This document shows positions 1 through 6,319 of a stretch of 24,929 nt of DNA, piece after piece. The stretch covers positions 1 to 24,929 of IMG/VR virus record IMGVR_UViG_3300044448_002809, one strand, 5' to 3'. The stretch is from a virus (Duplodnaviria > Caudoviricetes). A model generated the notes under the pieces. That model saw only the letters and a program-made list of their open reading frames with translations. It was not told the DNA's origin and did not search any database. Position 1 is the first letter of the stretch, and each line of letters opens with the position of its first letter. Both the position numbers and the translations under genes were made by a program.

Positions 1-27
1 GATTATCTCTAGTTATTGTTTTTATAT

Positions 28-264
28 TCATTTATCTATCCTCTCTTTCTTATATTCTAGAAAACCTTCAATTCTTTCTACGTTACACTCATCTTCTATC
101 CAAGCCATAGCAGTACAGATATCATCCCATTCATCATCATATTCTGGATTATTGCTAGGGATACAATCTTCTCTATATCCTTGTAATCTATCCCATATAA
201 AATTAAGAGATTCGATTATATCAAAATTTGAAGGATTAAAATTAATCCGTTTTATTTTAGACAT
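28..264 (-). CDS. hypothetical phage protein, acidic core
   Basis: 78-aa ORF with AGGAG Shine-Dalgarno upstream, overlapping the previous gene's stop. Acidic stretch EYDDEWDD. Confidence 0.8.
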   Translation of the reverse strand: MSKIKRINFNPSNFDIIESLNFIWDRLQGYREDCIPSNNPEYDDEWDDICTAMAWIEDECNVERIEGFLEYKKERIDK

Positions 265-478
265 TTTCTTCTCCTAGCATATCTATAATTTCATTTTCAT
301 GTTCTACTATTAAACACATCATATGTATTAATATAGTATGGTCTATCTGTTCAAATAGCCTACTACCTATTGTTTCTATATCTCTTTTAAGAGACTTTGA
401 TTTACATATAGGTTTTAAGTCTTCTATATGTTCTTGTATTACATTCATTTCTGCCTTTCTAGAGGGAGTATATTTCAA
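257..478 (-). CDS. hypothetical phage protein
   Basis: 73-aa ORF, TTG start directly after GAGGGAG. Fits the tightly packed minus-strand operon. Confidence 0.7.
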   Translation of the reverse strand: MKYTPSRKAEMNVIQEHIEDLKPICKSKSLKRDIETIGSRLFEQIDHTILIHMMCLIVEHENEIIDMLGEENV

Positions 479-499
479 CTCCCTCTATTGATTTATTGT

Positions 500-721
500 T
501 TATGATTCCTCTAGGTCATGCATCATAGTCTTCCAAGCATTTACTATTGCTTCCATAACCTCTAGAGTCATTAGTTCTCCGTCTGTACACTTAAACGTAG
601 TATATCCATCTATATAGCCAACTTTCTTTCTATGTAGTTCGTGTCCACATTGTGGCTCTAGATATACTTCTATATGATTATCGCTTAGGGTTACAAACTT
701 TACATTATATCCGTTTTTCAT
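500..721 (-). CDS. hypothetical phage protein
   Basis: 73-aa ORF, AGGAG-AATAA-ATG start context. Confidence 0.8.
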   Translation of the reverse strand: MKNGYNVKFVTLSDNHIEVYLEPQCGHELHRKKVGYIDGYTTFKCTDGELMTLEVMEAIVNAWKTMMHDLEES

Positions 722-805
722 TTATTCTCCTATGGCTATTGTTACTAGAAACATGAATATCATAACAAATGCAAAAAATCCTAGGAGTATTTCGCATATG
801 CTCAA
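722..805 (-). CDS. small single-pass membrane peptide (not in ORF track)
   Basis: Hand-translated MSICEILLGFFAFVMIFMFLVTIAIGE (27 aa). TTG start overlaps the upstream TGA, GGAGG lies 5 nt upstream, and the stop abuts the next ATG, exactly filling the gap. Confidence 0.7.
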   Translation of the reverse strand: MSICEILLGFFAFVMIFMFLVTIAIGE

Positions 806-1065
806 GATATCCTCCTTCCTGTAGATACAATATCTCTAACGTAAGTATCTCCATATTCCCAATTGCCATAGGTTGCTTCACTTCTAGCCGCAGTATACCA
901 TCTAGCAAATGGGTCTTCTGCTTCACCTTTAGGAGACTTATATTTCTTTAGAACTTTATATTCTATCTCTACAATGTCTCCATAGCCGAAATCCATTTTA
1001 CATTTCCAGATTTCATAAGGATTGTTAATATCTCTAGTTTTGCTACATTTATTTTTGCTACTCAT
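802..1065 (-). CDS. phage hypothetical protein
   Basis: 87-aa ORF with GGAGG SD. The NPYEIW...VLKKY...ARW...YGxWEYGD pattern resembles small phage proteins I recall, function unknown. Confidence 0.8.
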   Translation of the reverse strand: MSSKNKCSKTRDINNPYEIWKCKMDFGYGDIVEIEYKVLKKYKSPKGEAEDPFARWYTAARSEATYGNWEYGDTYVRDIVSTGRRIS

Positions 1066-1339
1066 CAGAACCTCCGTCTTTTATTGTTATAGTCCTAGAA
1101 GAATCTAGTTCTTTTAATATACTAATAATATTTTTTACAAAGCCATCATCTATTAGTCTATCAATATCCCATTCAGATATATCTAGATTTACACAGACTT
1201 CTGTATCATGGTCTGTAAAGTCTAATCTAGGTTCGCAATCATAAATATACGCTTCTTGATTTTCTAGAGTTTCTCTAATTGCTATCTTTAAGTCTTCTAA
1301 ACTGCAAGAGACTTCTACGTTATTGTTTTCTTCTTTCAT
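1058..1339 (-). CDS. highly acidic hypothetical protein
   Basis: 93 aa, roughly 25 D/E versus 9 K/R. Starts just after the upstream stop. Confidence 0.8.
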   Translation of the reverse strand: MKEENNNVEVSCSLEDLKIAIRETLENQEAYIYDCEPRLDFTDHDTEVCVNLDISEWDIDRLIDDGFVKNIISILKELDSSRTITIKDGGSDE

Positions 1340-1341
1340 CT

Positions 1342-1620
1342 TTATGCTTCCTTATCTTTACTAATCATACTAAATGGTACATTATACATACCTCTATCAT
1401 CTAGCATAACTAATGCTCTTGTTCTATTTACTTTACTTATAGTACCTTTCTCTACTCTACCTCTGCTAGTTACTATAACTCTATCACCTTTATTAAGTTG
1501 ATATTTTATTCTACTACCAACTTCTTGTATTCTATCACTTATAGCACTACGGATTAACTTTAATTCTGCTATATCATCTATAGACATCATAGTTTCTAGC
1601 AGTTCTTTTCTTTCTATCAT
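1342..1620 (-). CDS. hypothetical protein with SH3/KOW-like C-terminus
   Basis: Start revised from 1686 to 1620 (MIERKELL), giving an ATGA overlap with the upstream stop and GGAG upstream. C-terminus LNKGDRVIV...GTISKVNRTRALV looks like an SH3-like barrel. Confidence 0.7.
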   Translation of the reverse strand: MIERKELLETMMSIDDIAELKLIRSAISDRIQEVGSRIKYQLNKGDRVIVTSRGRVEKGTISKVNRTRALVMLDDRGMYNVPFSMISKDKEA

Positions 1621-2207
1621 TTTACTTTCTCCACGATTTGTGTTGTTGTTTCCCCTAGAGTATAGCATTTCATACAATCTAGGCATTTGCTATCACAATT
1701 AATATCGCTAGTCTTAGACTTAACGTTATTAAATACTTTATCGAAATATTTAGGAAGTTTTATATCTAGTTTATCAATGTATGGATTAGAATATATCAAT
1801 ATTAGATTCTTTGGCTTTTCCCTGGAATTTAATACTCTAGTAACTATATTCTTTCTCTTAGTCCATAACGTAAACGTAGTCATAGGTTGGTTTAGACATA
1901 TATTGATTAGGTTAATAAAATGATTAGAATTTATTAATTCTCCATGACTACTGAATCTACCTATATTGCTAGGACACGTTGGAAGATACTCTCTAGGATG
2001 TATCTTTTCTGATAGATATTTGGAATTGTTTATGAACTTTGGTCTACAATTCTTTCTAAAAGTATTTAGCATACTCATAGAATAGCAAGACTTACAGATT
2101 AAGTTTTCTTTATTGCTATTATACATAGACTTACAGAACTCATTACTAGGAGTATCTGTATTTAGGCTAGGAATCCCTAGCATTTTACCACTACCTACTG
2201 ACCACAT
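1617..2207 (-). CDS. Gp88-like Cys-rich phage protein
   Basis: 196 aa with C...ICxxCY, RFSSHGEL, WTKR and C-terminal C-x3-CxxCxxC, matching my recollection of the phage GP88 family. AAGGAG SD. Confidence 0.65.
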   Translation of the reverse strand: MWSVGSGKMLGIPSLNTDTPSNEFCKSMYNSNKENLICKSCYSMSMLNTFRKNCRPKFINNSKYLSEKIHPREYLPTCPSNIGRFSSHGELINSNHFINLINICLNQPMTTFTLWTKRKNIVTRVLNSREKPKNLILIYSNPYIDKLDIKLPKYFDKVFNNVKSKTSDINCDSKCLDCMKCYTLGETTTQIVEKVK

Positions 2208-2208
2208 A

Positions 2209-2454
2209 TTATATCTCCTTATTTATACAACATTTTTTAAACTTTTTATTGCTACCACAAGGACATTTATCATTTCTTCCTACGTTTTTAATTGTCTCTA
2301 GCCATAGCCTTTTATTATTATAGATTATCTCTATATTAGGAGATGTACTTACTAGAGTATCACCTTCCCAATCTGTACCACCTTCTATAAATTTGTCATC
2401 TGTTATAGATAGATTTGATTTATATGAACCATCATTTTGTTCTATGTATTTCAT
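2209..2454 (-). CDS. SEC-C motif (SecA-type metal-binding domain) protein
   Basis: C-terminus VGRNDKCPCGSNKKFKKCC is a canonical SEC-C motif. Confidence 0.85.
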   Translation of the reverse strand: MKYIEQNDGSYKSNLSITDDKFIEGGTDWEGDTLVSTSPNIEIIYNNKRLWLETIKNVGRNDKCPCGSNKKFKKCCINKEI

Positions 2455-2455
2455 A

Positions 2456-2602
2456 TTATAACCCTTCCTCTTCTATGTAGTTTATTAGAGATGTACCACA
2501 ATCTAGGCATAGCACATCTTCTTGAACATTAGTATCTTCTTCTCTAGGTATATGTTCTAGATTCTTATACCAAGTTAGATTATTTATACAACATTTATTC
2601 AT
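2456..2602 (-). CDS. small Cys-containing hypothetical protein (not in ORF track)
   Basis: Hand-translated MNKCCINNLTWYKNLEHIPREEDTNVQEDVLCLDCGTSLINYIEEEGL (48 aa). GGAG upstream, fills the gap exactly, CxxC near the C-terminus. Confidence 0.7.
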   Translation of the reverse strand: MNKCCINNLTWYKNLEHIPREEDTNVQEDVLCLDCGTSLINYIEEEGL

Positions 2603-2603
2603 A

Positions 2604-3038
2604 TCATTCTCCATATATATCTAAATCTGTAGAACCAAAGCCACACCAATAGTATGCTAAATGTCTATCTACATTCCAACCATACTTAGAATAGAATAGC
2701 CTATCTTTAAATAATAAGTTAGATTTATGGCTATCGTGTAATCTATCATCACCCAACCAACTAGGAAATCTTATTGACTCTGTATCTACATTAATCTTTA
2801 GCATAGTATTATTATATCCTCTAGACACCCACTCATCTATACATAGGTTGTAGTAATATGCTAGAGCATTTGGATAATCTCTCCACATCTTAGAACAAGG
2901 ATGACTAGACCATCTGTAATTAGATATATATATTGATTTTAGTAATTGTTTTGCCTCAACACGTTGTTTACCTAGTCTTTTATAATCAAGGCATTTTACA
3001 GATTCGTGTAGGCTTTTATAAGGTAGAAATGTTTGCAT
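2604..3038 (-). CDS. pyrimidine dimer DNA glycosylase / T4 endonuclease V-like protein (MSMEG_6728-type)
   Basis: MQTFLPY...LDYKRLGKQRVEA...HPCSKMW...EWVSRGY...PSWLGD..LHDSHKSNLL is the characteristic motif series of this family. Confidence 0.85.
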   Translation of the reverse strand: MQTFLPYKSLHESVKCLDYKRLGKQRVEAKQLLKSIYISNYRWSSHPCSKMWRDYPNALAYYYNLCIDEWVSRGYNNTMLKINVDTESIRFPSWLGDDRLHDSHKSNLLFKDRLFYSKYGWNVDRHLAYYWCGFGSTDLDIYGE

Positions 3039-3118
3039 TATTGATATCTCCCTATTGATTTATTCTTTATTATAACCGAGATTATAATTATAACAACAAG
3101 TTGTAGTAGTCCGTCCAT
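3038..3118 (-). CDS. small hydrophobic peptide (not in ORF track)
   Basis: Hand-translated MDGLLQLVVIIIISVIIKNKSIGRYQ (26 aa). AGGAG upstream, TAATG overlap with the glycosylase start. Confidence 0.55.
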   Translation of the reverse strand: MDGLLQLVVIIIISVIIKNKSIGRYQ

Positions 3119-3189
3119 AGCTTCTAGGTCTCCTAATTAAATTATTTATTTTGTATTTGTAAAAATTTTTTCTAGATTTGACCCAAACG

Positions 3190-3219
3190 AAAAAAGCCTA
3201 ATCCGAAGACTAGGCTTTT
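3190..3219 (-). terminator. intrinsic terminator
   Basis: Minus strand reads AAAAGCCTAGTC-TTCG-GATTAGGCTTTTTT: a stem with one G-U pair, a C(UUCG)G loop and a U tract, about 25 nt after the 3243 stop. Confidence 0.9.
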
Positions 3220-3242
3220 AACATTGGATTTAGTAAAATTAC

Positions 3243-3725
3243 TTACTTTTCAATTTTACCAAAATTAGAACTGAAAGAACAACTAGGTGCGTTCTCATCA
3301 GTTCCTTTTACAAACGTGTAACGTGGTGTATCTTTAGTAGGTACGTTCACATATTCACAAAATTGCTTATGCTCTTCTTGAGTTAATGTGATAGACCATT
3401 TACCATTCTTGTATAAACTACCTACTAACGCATTCTCGTCTACATTTGATAACACTTTATATGCAAGTAAAGTCTGTGCAAAATTGTAGTTAGAAATTGC
3501 ATTTTTGATACGTTTCAAATTACGCAATTTATCTAAAACAATTTCACAAACGTATGATTCGAACTTATCATTTGGCGATATTAGGAACGCTTGTGCTACG
3601 CGTGAAGTAACCTCAACTATAGTAAATTTCCTAGGATTACTATTTGTACCTTCTACTCTCATAGAATCAACTAGATTATCTACTACTTTGTTTAGGTGTT
3701 GTTTATCTTTTTTTGAAATGTCCAT
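3243..3725 (-). CDS. hypothetical protein, first gene of the leftward arm
   Basis: 160-aa ORF between a predicted promoter and a terminator. No family recognised. Confidence 0.8.
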   Translation of the reverse strand: MDISKKDKQHLNKVVDNLVDSMRVEGTNSNPRKFTIVEVTSRVAQAFLISPNDKFESYVCEIVLDKLRNLKRIKNAISNYNFAQTLLAYKVLSNVDENALVGSLYKNGKWSITLTQEEHKQFCEYVNVPTKDTPRYTFVKGTDENAPSCSFSSNFGKIEK

Positions 3726-3805
3726 TTATTTCTCGCTTTCCCTAGGATAATCTCCTAGATTTATTTGTTTTTTAATTTCTCGAAATACCTTATTTCGATT
3801 AGGTA

Positions 3806-3835
3806 AATTTACGAAACTCTGAGCCACTTTTTCAA
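3806..3835 (-). promoter_or_regulatory. sigma70-like leftward promoter
   Basis: TTGAAA (3835-3830), 18-bp spacer, TAAATT (3811-3806). Same architecture as the element at 8342-8371. Confidence 0.65.
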
Positions 3836-3853
3836 GCACTTTATATATACAGA

Positions 3854-3885
3854 CTCACCATGGTGAGCATGGGGGGTGACCCCCA
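3854..3885. repeat. GC-rich double inverted repeat at the strand switch, candidate genome end or packaging site
   Basis: Perfect palindrome CTCACCATGGTGAG (3854-3867) and hairpin TGGGGG-GTGA-CCCCCA (3870-3885). The repeats are seen directly, the function is inferred. Confidence 0.6.
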
Positions 3886-3952
3886 CCTGTTTTCGATACT
3901 TCTACACCATAGAAAAAATACGACACAACGTGAAAAAAAATAGTTTTCGTGA

Positions 3953-3983
3953 TTTACGTTAAATTAACGTTAAATTTACGTTA
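3953..3983 (+). repeat. 11-bp period tandem repeat upstream of terS
   Basis: TTTACGTTAAA TTAACGTTAAA TTTACGTTA, running into the ATG. Confidence 0.75.
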
Positions 3984-4684
3984 TGAATAAAGATAAGATT
4001 ATACCTAAGAATAGTGGCAATAAAGGTGCATATATTGCTGCTGTTGATTTACTTGCTAGTGATTTAACTTTAACTTATAAAGATGTAGCAACAAAGATTG
4101 GTGTTCATCCTAAGACTCTTTCTAGATGGCTTAAAAATAGTGATTTTATAGATGCTGTTTATAAAAGATATATGGAAGTTGCTGGTTCTCATATACCTAG
4201 TGTTGTTCAAGCTATGATAGAAGAAGCAAGACTTGGTAATGTTCATGCTGCAAGATTAATATTAGAGCATTTTGGTAAACTTGAAAACAAATTAAAGATA
4301 CAGGTAGAAAGTAATTTTGAAAAGTTTATGAAAGTAGATGATGATGTTGAAGATGCTGATTTCTTTGACGTAACAGATGAACAAGAAGAAGTATTAGATG
4401 TTTTATCTGATCGTATTGGTGGAGATGATATTGAATTGCCTGAAAGACATCCTTCAAATGATTCACCTAAAGCAAGAGATGATTTTGAAAAGAATAGATT
4501 AAAATATAAAGTTAAAGAAAAACAAATAACTGAAGAAGAGTCACAAAAACAATCAGATAGATATCTTATTCGTAAACGTGCTAAACAAGTAGGTTTAGAT
4601 TTATTACCTCCAGGTAGAAGAAGTAAAAGTGAGAGAACTGCTTGGATGAAAAAACTAGAAAAATTGGAAAAAGAAAATTTATAA
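3983..4684 (+). CDS. terS: terminase small subunit (N-terminal HTH)
   Basis: HTH TYKDVATKIGVHPKTLSRW, AMIEEARLGNVHAARLILE helix typical of phage TerS-like proteins, and position upstream of terL. Confidence 0.75.
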   Translation: MNKDKIIPKNSGNKGAYIAAVDLLASDLTLTYKDVATKIGVHPKTLSRWLKNSDFIDAVYKRYMEVAGSHIPSVVQAMIEEARLGNVHAARLILEHFGKLENKLKIQVESNFEKFMKVDDDVEDADFFDVTDEQEEVLDVLSDRIGGDDIELPERHPSNDSPKARDDFEKNRLKYKVKEKQITEEESQKQSDRYLIRKRAKQVGLDLLPPGRRSKSERTAWMKKLEKLEKENL

Positions 4685-4710
4685 ACACTCTTATTCTTTT
4701 TTAATTATTT

Positions 4711-4772
4711 TTAATATATTATATATTATTATATTATATTATATATTATATATATATATATATATTAATATA
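4711..4772. repeat. pure A/T (TA)n low-complexity tract
   Basis: About 60 bp of TATAT/ATATAT repeats with no G or C. Confidence 0.9.
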
Positions 4773-4808
4773 GCAGGATTTTTCAAAAAAACAAGGATTA
4801 TTTTTTAA

Positions 4809-4985
4809 ATGGCAAAGATTACCAATACTCAAACACTAACTAAAACTAGAATAAGTCAAAATAATAAAAACTCTAAAGGTAAGTTATTTGGAACTCATAA
4901 GAACTTAGACTTAGATAAAGGTTACTCTCCTCTAAGTTGGGAAGAAATAGACTCTATTCCTTGCATAGGAGAAGATATTTGTTAG
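4809..4985 (+). CDS. small hypothetical protein (not in ORF track)
   Basis: Hand-translated 58 aa MAKITNTQTL...SIPCIGEDIC. Overlaps the revised terL start. Confidence 0.5.
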   Translation: MAKITNTQTLTKTRISQNNKNSKGKLFGTHKNLDLDKGYSPLSWEEIDSIPCIGEDIC

Positions 4986-6319
4986 CATCACAGTTAAGCC
5001 AAGAGAAAGTTTGGGAATTTAAAAAGAAATGGTTTTCATTTACTGACTATATCCCTCATAGTGGTCAAGAAAAACTACACTTTCCTGACAAATCTGCTAG
5101 ATTTACTGTTGCAGTATGTGGAAGAAGATGGGGCAAGTCTGTATCTGCATCAAAAGAAATAGAAATTATGTTAAATATGCCTAAAACTCGTAGTTGGGTA
5201 GTTGCTCCTACTTATCAAACTGCTGAAAAAGTGTTTAGAGAGGTATGGCATAGCGTTGTTCAAAACAGAAATCCTGAAAAAAACCTAGCAACAAGAAGAG
5301 CATCCTACAAAGATATGTATATTGAAACTGCTACAGGCTCTATATTTGAGGCAAAGTCAGCAGATAACCCTAATTCTTTAGTTGGAGAGGGTTTAGACTT
5401 ACTTATCTTAGATGAGGTTGCTAAACAAAAGAAAGTTGTATGGGAAATGTATTTAAGACCTACGCTTTCTGACAGAAAAGGTAAAGCAATATTTATAACT
5501 ACACCTGAAGGATATAATTGGGTGTATGATTTATATTTGAAAGGACAAACAGATGAAGAATGGCTCTCTTTTAACTCGCCTTCTTGGGAAAATCAATTCG
5601 CCTATCCAAAAGGCTTACAAGACTCTGACCTTATTGAGGCAAAAAGGAATTTATCTACTGAAGTCTATGAGCAAGAGTATGGTGCTAAGTTTACAAGTTT
5701 TGCAGGGCGTGTCTACCCTTTTGACAGAGATATTGACATGGGTAAGTTTCCTTATAATCCTGACTTTCCAACTTATTGTGCTATTGACTTTGGGTATAGG
5801 ATGCCTGCTGTCGGCTGGTTTCAGACTAATATGGTCGAGGGTCAATGGCATATAAACATAATTGATGAAATTATACATCAAGAAAACGTAAAAACTGATG
5901 AACTTGTAAAAATGGTAAAACAGAGACCTTATCGTGTCCAGGCTTACTTTGGAGATCCGGCAGGAAAATCGGTTCAAGGACAAAGTGGTTTGGGAGATAT
6001 AGAAATCTTTCGTAAATTTGGCATAGGTATACGCTCTATTAGAGACAAAACAAGTACTAATATAGCATCAGGTATATCCCATGTTCGTAGTTTTATCGAG
6101 AACGCCAACCGAGAGAGATTTGTTCATTTAGACCATAAATGCAAAGGACTTGCAGAAGATTTTGAGAACTATAGATACCCTGAACATAAAGAAGGAACTA
6201 ATTTGAAGTTAGACCCTGTAAAAGATGGTTACCACGATCATGGAATGGATATGGTCAGGTATTTTTTTATTAACAGATTCCCAATCCGTAACACTAAAAT
6301 GAGGCTAGAACCAAGATGA
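4979..6319 (+). CDS. terL: terminase large subunit
   Basis: Walker A CGRRWGKS, Walker B LLILDE, ITTP motif, nuclease AIDFG and DHGMD. Start revised to in-frame TTG 4979, with AGGAG 7 nt upstream. Confidence 0.95.
   Translation: MLASQLSQEKVWEFKKKWFSFTDYIPHSGQEKLHFPDKSARFTVAVCGRRWGKSVSASKEIEIMLNMPKTRSWVVAPTYQTAEKVFREVWHSVVQNRNPEKNLATRRASYKDMYIETATGSIFEAKSADNPNSLVGEGLDLLILDEVAKQKKVVWEMYLRPTLSDRKGKAIFITTPEGYNWVYDLYLKGQTDEEWLSFNSPSWENQFAYPKGLQDSDLIEAKRNLSTEVYEQEYGAKFTSFAGRVYPFDRDIDMGKFPYNPDFPTYCAIDFGYRMPAVGWFQTNMVEGQWHINIIDEIIHQENVKTDELVKMVKQRPYRVQAYFGDPAGKSVQGQSGLGDIEIFRKFGIGIRSIRDKTSTNIASGISHVRSFIENANRERFVHLDHKCKGLAEDFENYRYPEHKEGTNLKLDPVKDGYHDHGMDMVRYFFINRFPIRNTKMRLEPR

Noticed and set aside
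705-951. Track ORFs 705-926 (-) and 769-951 (+)
   Set aside because: They overlap the better-supported genes 802-1065 and 722-805, which have SD sites and coupled starts and stops.
1687-3750. Plus-strand ORFs 1687-1923, 2113-2301 and 3505-3750
   Set aside because: Antisense shadows of coherent minus-strand genes, with no recognisable motifs.
3840-3920. tRNA or structured ncRNA in the divergent intergenic region
   Set aside because: No cloverleaf or T-loop motif. Two short hairpins are not enough to call an RNA gene.
4711-4772. CRISPR array or other repeat-spacer structure
   Set aside because: This is a low-complexity tract only. I saw no regularly spaced repeats with unique spacers anywhere in the window.
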